A stretch of DNA of 61,986 bases, counting the filler, from Sphacelaria rigidula (lineage: Eukaryota): NCBI GenBank assembly GCA_964200075.2. It is 4 parts of 4 records of this genome, joined end to end, with 100 filler letters (N's around TTAATTAATTAA, not from the genome) between each part and the next. Parts side by side here need not be neighbours in the genome. Positions count along the whole stretch, not along the records: positions 15,525 to 30,948 come from CAXNAA020001757.1; positions 31,049 to 46,470 come from CAXNAA020001758.1; 2 more parts are not named here. One strand, given 5' to 3'. The notes beneath the pieces were generated by a model, which was not told the origin of the DNA, did no database searches, and saw only the letters and a list, made by a program, of their open reading frames with translations. The position numbers and the translations under genes were made by a program. How positions within the stretch are numbered: position 1 is the stretch's first letter; each line of letters begins with the position of its first letter. Positions 23,879-35,630 of this stretch are shown piece after piece.

Positions 23879-26159
23879 AGTTGCCGCCAAATGAGATTAA
23901 ATACTAACCTACGCTATGGCTATCGATGGCGTGGTGATTGCCCTCGGTGCAGGAGGAAGAGCGCTACTCTTGCCACCGACACGAGCGATGCACACACAGA
24001 CACAGCAGCTTGGGGGTGGGTCAAAGACTGAAATTTTACACCTCTCAAACTTCCCACACATCCGATGTATCAACCATCTGCATCACGTTGCCACTGTCGT
24101 TTACATCAGTATCAAGAGTCATTTATGAGTGTAACATCTCCTGAGGCCGTTGGACAGGGATGAGATTTTCTCGTGTCGTCGAAACTCGCGAGGGCTGAAG
24201 GCGCTTGTTAAGGCTGTTTGCCCAAGCTGTTTCAGAAAATACTCCTAACCAAGGTCATCGATTGGGGAACGAATTTTTGCATCACCTGCGCCAAAACCAC
24301 GGCTGCAACTTTGGTGCTTGGAAGTTTTGAATTCACGAGCATCCGAGTTGTATAACGAATTAAGTGGAAAAATATAGTTTTTTTGCGATTTTCTCGATCA
24401 TCATAACTTTTTTCGCGAAACAAGCACCAACATCGTAGCTTACACACGTACACGCCAGTGAGTAGCCAAGCCACGCCGTGGTTCGTACTCCGGGACGACA
24501 AAATTTCCAAACCGCGAATCGGAAACCCCACTCAAATCGAAAGTGCTTTGGGTGATTTTACGGCGTGCATATTCGTGGGATGAACAAGATCTGCGGTCTA
24601 TTCGTGCTTTTGGTCGGTGACACTTTTTTGGCTCATTATGGGGGGTCAGGCGCGCCCACAACAGAGCTTTTCCCAACCCAAAGTCATAACAAATGTCTTC
24701 CGTATGGACGACCTAAAGCCTCCCTTTTTTCCTGAAACTATGTTGGGGGAATTCCCGTTTCCGTTTCCCCGAAGGGTATCTGCGAAACGCCGTTGTTGGG
24801 CCAAAAGTATAATTTTTTTTAAGCCAAAGTCAAAGCAAAAGGTTGTTTTTGCACATGGCCTTTGCGGGAACGGAAGACGAGGAACCCCTCAAAATAGTTC
24901 CAAGGAGGTCGGGAGGCATATGGTCGCCTGTATAAAAGTCAATCTTCATGACTTTCAGGTCAGGGAAAGCACTTGTTTTTTCGTAGTCGAACGTTATTGT
25001 AATGTCCAGCCTTATCTATCAGAATCTTCTCTTCAATTTTTATATCTCCGTTTTGAATGGTTACCATGATGAATCCAAATATCCATTGCCATCCAAACCA
25101 TCACCGAGCCAATGACATTCTCCCGTTCCCACCCAGATCGTTACTGAGCAAATCATGTTCTCTAATTCCCGCACGAACACATAACCGCGCAAATGTGCTG
25201 CTCCCAACTACTGTACAGCGAAGCAAAATGAACCCCTCCCTCTGCTTCGTCAACATCACGTTCAGGTGGTAATCTTGAGAAAGGAGGTTGAACAATAAAT
25301 GAGTCTCAACCCAAAAGAGTGATTTCCGTACACTGCAGGAATTACTCTCGGTTTAGGGAAAGCACTGTTTTGGCGTCAATGCTCATTTTTTTGTTCAACG
25401 TCATTTTCCAGGATCCTCTCGTCGTCTGAGCTTTGTAAACAACACGTCCTCCTGCATATGGTCCATGTACGATTTCGAAACGCTCGGATGTCCAGGCATA
25501 ATACGTTTTGACCGTGAGTTGCTACCTGATGAAGACATACACACGAGGAACGAGAACGCCATCATCATTATGTTGGCTGCTTCGCGTACCAATGACCACC
25601 AGGGTGACATATTACCATTAAAAGTACCGTGCATTACCGTGGTGGCTGGATACGCTGGTTGATGTTACCAACCTCTGAAAGGCGTGAGCAAAGCGGCTCC
25701 ACGCTCATAGTATAGTGTAACCTCTGCATCGTGATTTAAATTCATCGCATTGAATTAAATTACGTAAAGCACCGGTCATACTATGCGTCACGAACCGTAA
25801 AACAACTACGCAGTTGTTATTTGGTGCCGGACATATGAAGGCATATCTCTCCACTTACCAAGAGTTCAGAAATGATGGCTGCACGCACACGAAGAAAAAT
25901 GGCGACAAGCTCTGGGCTCCCAGTATCTTCATAAACTACTATTCATATATTGGAATTATTGTACCACCTCCCCGCACCCGCCCCTTTTATATTGGGATTA
26001 CTTCACTACCGTCCTGCACCCGCCCGAGCCCGGGGCTTCGCATGTGTATAAGGCAAAAACTATCGCTCGTACAGAGCAGTGAAGACGACCTAGGTGAACG
26101 GACGACGACTGCTACTTGACCATCCGTCCAGTTTTCCAGGCCTCGCCTGGGGTCTTTTT

Positions 26160-26570
26160 TTCCCGCTCGTGGTGCTCAAGTAGGACACGCTTTCTTCACA
26201 CCGGGGGTCGACTTCGAGTCCTGGCTCGGGCATTTTTTCTTTTCGTTCGTGATGCGGTACTAAAGTCCAGTTTTTCTACGCCGGAAGTCGTTTTTGTTAT
26301 TCGTTACACGACGACAAAAACTGATAGTTCAAAAGTGCTCGGTTGAGACTCGAACCAAGCGTTGGTTTCCGCCGCACGTGGTGGTTAGACAGAACACGTT
26401 CTTCCCGCCGGGGGTCGAGCTCGAGTCCTGGCTCGGGATTTTGTTTTCCCGTTAGCGTTGCGGTATCAGAACACAGTTTTCGACACTGGGCGTCGTTTTT
26501 GTTTTTTGTCATGCGGCGACGAAAACTAAACATCGAGACTGTTCCGCCGAGACTCGAACTCGGGTGTAGG
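26160..26570. repeat. ~205-bp tandem repeat (2 copies plus fragments) containing opposed tRNA T-arm/B-box-like motifs
   Basis: ccgggggtcga..tcgagtcctggctcggg at 26201 and 26408; gagactcgaac at 26345 and 26549; related fragments at ~26755-26790 and ~27225-27315. Confidence 0.7.
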
Positions 26571-26844
26571 TTTGTCGTGGTGTAGTCGGTACCGTCCATC
26601 ACGTTGATCACATGTTCCACGGCTGCAAGCACACAGTGACGGCCGATGATCGTCACGTATTCCTGCCCTTGTCCCCGCCGACCCGCCAGCTGGGAACGAT
26701 GCAGTAACAGTCTGCGATGGTTTTGTCGTGCGACTACGAACCGCCAACTACACCGCTTGCGGTAAAAAAAAGGTGTTTTTCTACGCTTCCGAATAAAAAG
26801 AAGACTACATTATCGAATAAAATCATTGAGATATATCAAGAGGA

Positions 26845-27082
26845 CAGAAAGGGAACAAACGAATTCCCCAATCCCGCAATAAAGACAAACACTAAAAATG
26901 CATCAGCTGCAACATATTATAACGTTACATAGTTGATTATTATGCAAAAGAGCGTTACCCGGCGCCATCAACGGAGTGCGGATAAGCCTAGACATACTAG
27001 TACCAACCACACCAGCGACACCACCAAAAATGATATATGAAGTACCAATATCTTTATAATTGTTTGAAAACAACCGAAACAT
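26845..27082 (-). pseudogene. cox1: degenerate 5' fragment of cytochrome c oxidase subunit 1 (probable NUMT)
   Basis: [55 protein letters not shown], then after a frameshift [23 protein letters not shown]. This follows the conserved Cox1 start (LFSTNHKDIGTLY..FG...G..GT..S.LIR..L..PG......QLYNV.VTAHAF....IGGFGNWFVP). AT-rich relative to the flanks. Confidence 0.88.
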
Positions 27083-30000
27083 CTGTACCCTGAGTTGATC
27101 AGGGTTGAAGTAAAAACACACCCATCAGATCTACTACTGTAGTACACAGAAGAAGAAGGGAAAGGAAGGGACGATTTCAAAAACTACCATGTAGATTCGA
27201 ATCATCAACCCCAGGGACCCTCGCCATTTTTCTACAAGGGCGCTGTAGTTCTTTTTCAGTATGCGTCGACAAAAATACCGCAAAATATTGTACCGCCAAG
27301 ACTCGAAAGCAGGTTTACGTTACTTGCGACACAACCGATAACATTTGCGACATTCATCGCTTTTTCACGCCTTCAAGCAATCCCACAGTAGCGGCCGATT
27401 GCCCTCACGTACTCTTGATCGTCTACCCGCCAACCCTCCCGTCGAAACCGATCTCCAAATCGTCTGGTTTATGCTTCTTTTGCGGTTGTTATACTGCACC
27501 GGCAACTTCACCGCTGCCGGTACACATGATGAAATTATGCTCTCCTCAGCCTCCGCATAAACACGAAACACCAACTACAACAAAACGAGAGAGCTCGGCT
27601 GTCGATAGCACTTCAGCTGAAACACCTCAAACTATGTTCGTCTCATCTCAGGGAACCGCTGAAAATAGCACCGCAGCCGGCCGAGCTCCGGCAAGGGCTT
27701 TTGTTGGATATGATGGTGTCCGTTGTATGGTTTGTGCTCGACGTATGTTGTCCCATCACTATTTCATATATTCCCTTAACTCGATATATATATATTCGGT
27801 GATGTATCCGCCGGTGGCGGGATAATTATATCTTGAAACATGTTGCTCGGAAGGCAACCTCGTGTCCAGCACATGCCGACACTAACTCAAAGTATATTAC
27901 GGCCGCATACGCCATATTAGAGCACACGTCAAGACCCGAATGGATGTTGTCTACGATGCAAAGTATCAACATGTATCAAAAACCGCATCGACCCGGTTAG
28001 GGTGTGGCTCCTACCCACCATGTTGTTTTTTCCGAGGGCAAGTTGGCAGGGCATGGCATAAGGAGGGTAGGTTACAAGGTTGTTCGTGGAGAAGCGCTTT
28101 TGCAGGATGGCATCAGAAGAATTAATTGCACACCAGCAGTGATATCATGGTTGGTAACCAAAGACGTGTAACACCGTGTCGTCGGCATGGGAATAACTAA
28201 TCAGACACGATTGCAGTCACCCTCAGCCACGTGGAACAAGAGCAAGAGTGGTCCATGGTAGGTTTGTAGCACTTGTGTCTTCAACCGATTGTGTGTGCCC
28301 TATTTTAATCAACCTCTTTTGAATCGTTCCTGTCGCTCGAGTTTCCACTATTAATGGGGAGTGACTGCTTTGTGTTTACCTTGGATGCTTCTATCTTGTG
28401 ACCGCGCCTTGACTTCTCAGAGATCACTGAGTGTGCGATAACCGAGCAACACGGAAAGCCCATATGCGGCACTAGGGAGAAATGAACAAATGCCACCACA
28501 TGTACAAAGTGACCCCGAACGAAACGCCGAGGTCCGAAGAACTTGAGTTGTCCAACCTGCTGAAGCAAGTGCTTCCCAACCAGTACTCCCGGTCTCGTGT
28601 TGGGGGTTGAGTGTGGTTTGACCCTAGAATGATATTCACTCGTCCTGTGCCCTCAGATGGCATAATTTGTAGGTGCTATCATGTGTTGATATTCTCGTTT
28701 GCCGAAAGCGCCATTTTCCGGGGGGTGATTTGACCCGTGTGTTGGTGCAAAACCTACTTCTTTCAGTGTGCTCGTAACGTATGCTTTTTTGCTCCAACAC
28801 CTCGGTTCAGTTCATACCAGTCGATTGAGCTTTACCACGACCATATACAGTGGCGTGTCCCAATCGCGTGGTTGTGTGATCTGTCGTGACACCCACGGGG
28901 GGCGGTGCATATGTTGTACGTCTCTGCGCATGTGAACCCATTTTCATTCGCAAACTCGGCATCAACTCTGGAGGCATACTATGGAGAAACGTCAAGTAAA
29001 TGGGGCGGTCCATTATGGCTTCCTAGCGGGTTGTTTATTTATTGAAGACAGATTATGTGGCCATGCACTCGTTATGAGCTGTCTATCGGAATTCATCGGA
29101 GTTGTCATGTGCCGGTGTTGAGGCGGGAGGTGTTCTGATAACCTCCAACCAACACAAAATTAATGTCTTCGCGCATGGGCTTCACAGCTCAGGCGATACC
29201 GTGACTTGACGACTTCCCTGCGGAATGGACAGTCCGTAGCCGGTAGACGCTTGTACGTCCTACTCTTTCTTCGAGTTGACCTGAATGATTCGATTTTCCG
29301 ACATTTCGAAGTGTATCATTTACCTCTTCATATTTTGTCTTCCTGGTTGCGTTTAGTCCATGTGTGCTGAGTTGGTCCAGCATTCAGCAAGGCACTGACT
29401 CTAGCCTCTCGCGTGAAGAGGCAGGAATGCCAATATGTGTTCCGTTTGTTCTTACAATCGGTCTTTTTCAGGTGCATTCCTCGTCTTTCTGAGTTATCGC
29501 TTGGTGTATAGGTCGATGTTGACCGATAATTGAGTAGGATTCTGTACATTTTCGGTAGCATTGCCGACTCATACATCGAAAGATCAACTTCGGTTGGTTA
29601 ACCCGTTTTTGGTCATGTAGTTTCACGTGCTTGTACGATCAGTTTCCGTACTGGTGTGTTGCATGCATTTCAACGGATTCCGCGGAGACTGAAGGTTTGT
29701 AGCCATCCGTTGCCGAGGATCCTACCTGCCTTTTGAGGCCCAGAGTCTTCGACCGGTTGTTTCAATACGTCCCACTACATCGGCAGCACGTAATAATACA
29801 AAATATTTAAGTATAGTACTTGTGACGACGACCTTCAAATCCTCTCAAGCATACCACTCCATACGATCGGATACCTGAAGTTGAGTGAAGGTGGGTTTAG
29901 AGACACCTGTGATATACACACATTTGAATTTTGTCAAGCTTTCTAAATGAGGCAACTCACGACACCGAAGGGTGGGCCATGAATCCCTTGTAGAGGCTCG

Positions 30001-30546
30001 GGATCTAACTTTTAATGATGAAAACAAATCCATCTGGTGGTGTTTGTTCGGTTGATACCACTTACCCGTACTGCTGGTTTCGGCCGTAGTGTATGATATG
30101 TGTTGGTGTTGCATTTTACATGATTTGCACAATCCGGCAGAGAATCCAGTGGAGGAAATATGCAGGGCTTTGCCAACTTCTCCACCGGATGAATCGGCAG
30201 CACTACGTTCTGTTTTGGAGACGAAACTTTTGACAGAGCAAACGCGTACCCGGTTTTATTACATAGTAAAGGCCCATGAGAGATATGAACAATCGTACCA
30301 TTTTCCCTCGAAGTACTGTATGTCGCGGTTGACGAACACTTGACTATCTTGACGGCTTTCAAACCGTTTAATATTCTCAGGCAGCATCGGGAGAAACTGC
30401 CTACTCCTCTTGTTCGGCCATGTGACAGGGGGACTGCTAGAAGCAGGCGAAATTGTGTGTGCTGGAGCCTCTCGCGTTTCCAGCTTAGGGGTGATGAGAG
30501 CTTGGCAGTGCCCCCAGAGGGCTGCTTGAAATGACCATCAGATTGC

Positions 30547-30948
30547 ATGACGGGCGTCGACGTCGTGGAGGTGTCGGCGTACAGGGTTGGGATGGCCGAT
30601 GAAGTGAGCAAGGATTGCGGCACCGAGGGCTGCTCCAAGAAGCCATCGTACGGTGTAACGGGAAGCCGAAAGGCGGAGTTCTGTGCCGCCCACGCCAGGT
30701 CGGGGATGACCAGTTTGACGAGCAAAAAGTGTGGCAACGAGGGCTGCTCCAAGCACCCATCCTACGGTGTAGTGGGAAGCCGGTTGACACAGTTCTGTGC
30801 CAAGCACGCCAAGTCCGGGATGGTTGATATAGCGAGCAGCAAGTGCGGCCGCAAGGGCTGCTCCAAACAACCGTCGTACGGTGTAGGCGGAAGCCGGAAA
30901 AGAGAGTTCTGTGCCGAGCACGCCAAACCGGGAATGGTAAATGTGAGG
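30547..30948 (+). CDS. EsV-1-7 cysteine-rich repeat protein, partial (cut by contig end)
   Basis: Three 38-aa units C.x3.GC.K.PSYGV.GSR...FCA.HA..GM, matching the EsV-1-7 repeat of brown algae and their viruses. A decayed fourth unit upstream contains an in-frame TGA (30532-30534). Confidence 0.85.
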
Positions 30949-31048
30949 NNNNNNNNNNNNNNNNNNNNNNNNNNNNNNNNNNNNNNNNNNNNTTAATTAA
31001 TTAANNNNNNNNNNNNNNNNNNNNNNNNNNNNNNNNNNNNNNNNNNNN
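30949..31048. other. artificial contig spacer N44-TTAATTAATTAA-N44
   Basis: Identical 100-bp spacer. Confidence 0.98.
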
Positions 31049-31059
31049 CAACCAATGCC

Positions 31060-31710
31060 AACCCCATCGGGGGTCCGCCCCTACAAAGCCGGGACGGAGC
31101 ACGCCGGGTTCTCGCCGGACCAGGCGATAGGAGAGGGGGGGGGGGGATACTCATGATCTTGCATGCCGTAGTCATACGGCCATTGACCTCGCATCCCTAC
31201 AAAGCCGGGACGGAGCACCCAGGATTTTCGCCGGACTAGGCTCGCAATCACCAAGCGCGAAGCGCCGTGATGGGCTAGGCGAGTCGCATGAAAGGTGGAG
31301 TGCATCATGGTAACATTGTTGGGCCCGAAGCATGCTGATTATCGTGCACATAGATGACAGCCTCCGATGGGTTGCTTCATGTTCTGGTATCGCCTCTTCC
31401 AGAGACAGCCACGGGTTTCACACCGCCTCATGCGTGCCGCACCGTTTGGGCACTACCTGGTACTTGTATGGCCATTCCCTTTGCGCGGAATTGAGATTCT
31501 CGCATCCCACACAATATGATCTAGCTGGACCACCAGCATGGCTACCGCAAAACAAAAACGAAAGAGCAACAAAAACGGTGACCTGACTGCCTAGCGTACG
31601 TGGTGAGTGGCATGTTTAACAGCGCCATTGCCAACTGACGCCAATCCCATAGAGGGTCCGTCCCTACAAAGCCGGGGGGGAGCACGCTGGATTTTCCGCT
31701 AGACCAGGCT
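31060..31710 (+). repeat. three diverged copies of a ~50-bp motif
   Basis: ccctacaaagccggg..ggagcac....g.tt.t..c..gac.aggc at ~31079, ~31195 and ~31662. Confidence 0.75.
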
Positions 31711-34700
31711 AAACAAAGAGCGGGGAGGGAAATCACTCGGGCTCTTTCTTCGATGCATTTTACTACGCCAATGTGACAAGAAGTCGAAACAGCGAGAGAC
31801 ACCTGGAATGAAAGTTGTTGAGTACAAGTCACCAGGGTCATTGCCGATATTTGGGAGAAACACAGTTGGAAACTCAGAAGGACTGGCGACGAAACTAGGG
31901 TATTTAGGACAAGCTGAAGCACCTGAAAGACAGAGCCTTCACCGACGAATCGTACGCCCGTCGTCTGGCCCTACTCCGGGCTGGTTTATTCTGCTGATCA
32001 TCACGAACATACCAATTCAGGTTCGGTACTACGTGTGTCGACGCTGATTCTTTGTTCCCGTGCCGTCCATCATCTCCTCTCCCTTCTTCGTATGCTATGG
32101 AATCCTCGGAGTAGAGGAAGTGTGGATTCGGGAGGATGGTGCACCCTTCGCTCGAGCCGGTTCCATGTGTGACAGCAATGTAGCGCCTGTGCGACAGGAC
32201 GTTGGAGTTTGTCACTTGGTCCGTATTGTACTTGGGGCGTGGAATGATCTTGTTTGGCTCCACGTTTTGTTTTCGGCTGCTCTTCCTCCGTCGATCACAG
32301 CTATCGCACTCTAACGATCGAAACGATCTCTTGTCGCGAATATCGTTCGATAGAAAGACTTGCCGGTCCTCAGGCCATCGAGTAATGCATGCAAGCATCT
32401 TGTGCAAGTATGTCGACAGTCAGCAGTACAAAATAATCAAGTGATCTACCCACGTGAACTCGTTTTTCCTGTGCCTCAACCTACGCCGCAGCTGAACCTT
32501 AGAGGCCGAGGTCTATCCACGCGACTTTTAACTGCCGATCGGGTTAATTCCTTTACTTGCGCTCACTTGTCTTGTAGCTGAAATTGTCACGACCCGTTTT
32601 TGCCACGCAATTTCACAAATCGAGATCACGTCGCATGTCGAGTCTTGCTTCTCATTCCGATTCCATATTCTACTCAAAAGGTACGCGCTTCTACAATACC
32701 AAGTACTACGACTTAGTGCATCGACTCGAACTAAGGAACATGGGAAGCAGAACGCGCGTATTGTGATATTCTCGTGATCAAGCGTGCTCGACGCTCACGT
32801 AATTTTCTTGCGCCGGTGTTCACCTTCCTCCCACCAGTTGTGGACTAGGGCTTTGACGCAGAGAACAACCTCAAGATGAAAGCGAACGGCGAGATGAACG
32901 GTTCTGCCGCAAACTGTCTTCCCTTGCTATTTTTTCGGTTCTATCTTCCCATACCTGAGCCCAGACAAAGCATCCGGGGACAAGCGATTGAGTAATCCAT
33001 CTCTCGACACCACCAATACTTTTGCCGGGGTTGTCACAACGTACGTTTCTAGCCATGCCTGCAACGTGAAATCATGTAGATGCAAAGAATTGAACAGGAG
33101 ACAAAGTTAGAGATACCCGGCTCATGCGAGAAAAAGCAGGACTCAAGTGCAAATGAAGAGTTCGTGCGGTATAATTTCGCTGTGCGCCAGTAAAGAACAA
33201 AGTTGCTAGACCGGTTTGTCTACGATTTCAGTACATGCGCCAATATTGTCCAGCACGCTTACCGTGGTAAAGCACCGCCCTTCAGCTGCCGATGCAGCCA
33301 AAAGGCCGGGCGAGTGCACTCTTCGTGTGACGCGCAGCGAAAATTGATTGAAGCACTAGCTCGTGCGGTAATGTTTTCCTTCGAGTTATACTGTGCGGAA
33401 ATTGCGGGAACTCTGAGGCACCAAGAACGGTCCGGAAACCGCGTACACGAAACGTTGCACTCTATGTGTTTGCACTCTATAGTCGCCATGAATCACTCGA
33501 GCACTTCGCACCGTTAGCACAGAATACTGGGAACGTGTGCTCCGTATTTCCGAACAAGGTGTAATATCATTTATATGAGCGGATATTCAAGATTAACACA
33601 AAAATGAAGTGTTGAAAAATCTTATTTCCGCTGTTGTGTGCAACACCCGCAAGATCCAGTTGAAGTTCACCATTTTCCGCTTGGAACTGACCGCATTGCA
33701 TCGGCCAGGGTGACGTCCGCTCCCCGCCGTGCCTTCTTGTGCTGAGGCAACCTCTGAAATGGAAACCGCACTCCGCGAGGAAGCAGCGCCCGTACCGGCT
33801 TCATCTTTCGGCAGCAGGTGCGCCCTGAGTCCGATCGTCGAAGGTAAAGGAGGCATGTGTGACACCAATTTTCATATCCTTCTGTGCTTGACCTTTCATA
33901 GTTCAACTTGAAATACAAGTGTGGTATGTTCCCGAAAGTTGAGTTTACGAACTGTTCAAGAATTTGATACTTGAGATATCAGGTTTCCCTCTCCCTCTCT
34001 CTCTATATATATACATATCATAAACGCCGAGAAGTCACTACTGAAGTGAGATTTTCGTACCCGAAAATAGAACATACTTCTCACGGCAACATATTTCTCT
34101 TCAACTCCGTCTGAGGCTGGTGGGTGACATGGTAGCATCCGTTGGGACAGCAGATAATGAGTGTTTTTCGATATCATGCCTGGTATGGAACGGGTATAAG
34201 ACGCTGCTTTCAAGTCCGCAGGTCCAGAAAAGAACACGCAGTGGGCGCCCCCGAACCCCTCAGCCCAGCGCTGTTCTTCACGACAGAAGCGGGTACGACG
34301 AGTGGCTGGTATTGTTCCGTTTTGCACGCTTTCCACACATGTTTTCCACGCACGTCTTCTGTGTTTCGCTCCTTCTCTGGACGATACACGACTCGTTGTC
34401 CAAAGCAATGCAGATTGCGATCTCGGGCTCGGAGAGTGGACATCCCGAAATATCAACACTACCACATGTACACCGCAGATTCTTTCCAAACCAAGACCAC
34501 ACTGCACCATCGATATACGTAATTTTATATCCTTCAGGGTGATAATTACGATATTGGTGGAAGTGCTGTCATGATACTGTGAAATAGGATATGGAAGAGA
34601 GCAGGTGGGCCAAAGACGTGCATAATAAAATTAGGGTTAGGGTCCCTAGGTTACTACTTTCTCCGGTGGAAGCTGAAAAGTCTACAGGATGTTTTCAAAT

Positions 34701-35019
34701 CCGACCTCATCCTTTAAAACAGATCTGACCTCATTCGGTGCGAGCCTGGCCACCAATACCCATTTTTCCACTCCCTCGTTGCCCCGGTGTTGCGCTTTTT
34801 AGTTTTCCGCGAAACGCTTCGAAGGCACGTCCGAGGGTAATAGTGCAACCGTTTCAGATGTGTGTCTGTGTGTGTCGTCAAATATTCGCAACTCGAAAAT
34901 TGTTTCCCTCTGGATACATTGTAATCCTCTGGATAGGTAGTAATCCGTAATCAGGACTGATTTGAATGTGCATACTCCTCAGTCTGCGCAATCTTGCAGT
35001 ATCGTGCAACGTCCATATT

Positions 35020-35230
35020 GGATATGGGGCGTCTGTTTCGGATATTTTCCTGGGACACCAATAAAATTTTGGACGTCCAACTGAGATATAGACATCCATC
35101 CAGGAGATGAACATCCATGTAGGGTACGGACATCCCCGATGAATCCTCCTGGTGGACATCCCACATGGACATCCCAGATCAACATGGATATCCCGCATGG
35201 ACATTCCAGATAGACATGGATGTCCCAGGC
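35020..35230 (+). repeat. array of short (A)TGGACATCCC-type motifs
   Basis: About ten variants (ggacatcccc, ggacatccca, ggatatcccg, ggacattcca, ggatgtccca) at short irregular spacing. Confidence 0.7.
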
Positions 35231-35630
35231 GCATATGATGCCCTTGATGAAGGTTGCCGAATAATGCAAGACTTCCTCAACTTGCACCCCCCATCCCCTC
35301 GGGCAACTCTCCAGACATCTTCGTCCAGGTAACTGGCCGCTCAATATCTTACACCAGTAGGATTTCCACATCATACCGCAAGTTCAGCAGTATTGGTACG
35401 TAATATTGTCAGAGGATAACAATCCCATGTGACACCCGCATTGACTCTGCGCACCGTTTAAGGTCAACGCTTTTGCCATTCTCGTCTATGGTAGCTCAAG
35501 GCTTGAGCGCAAGCGACCAGAACCAACGATCTGCGAATTCCCCTCAGGAATTGAGCACAAAATATGCAGGCGGAACGATAGCACATTCCCCAGGGTGAAT
35601 GCTCTCGTTGGGCCAGCCCTATCAACTCAC

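Larger units (their letters stand above)
17323..24661. mobile_element. ~7.3-kb TIR DNA transposon carrying a hAT-like transposase divided into two convergent, decayed genes
   Basis: TIRs 17327-17390 and 24594-24657 (GGGCGCGCCTGACCCCCCA.AATGAGCCAAAAAAGTGTCAC.GACCA.AAGCACGAA.AGACCG) match at 60/64 and extend to TTRTGGG at 17323/24661. CAG flanks both ends (17320-17322, 24662-24664). Internal ORFs carry DDE, CxxH and TRW motifs. Confidence 0.85.

Noticed and set aside
17323-24661. ProtoRAG/Transib, Harbinger or Kolobok assignment based on two opposed genes
   Set aside because: No CAC heptamer termini, kelch/PHD partner, Myb/SANT partner or TTAA target. Both genes carry parts of the same hAT-like catalytic domain.
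24665-25640. Decayed minus-strand reading frame that may continue on the other side of the transposon (16.9-17.3 kb)
   Set aside because: Multiple stops and no recognisable motif; cannot be assigned without a search.
27900-30948. Endogenous giant-virus segment suggested by the EsV-1-7 repeat
   Set aside because: No viral hallmark genes or gene-dense intronless organisation; the repeat is common in host genes and the contig ends here.
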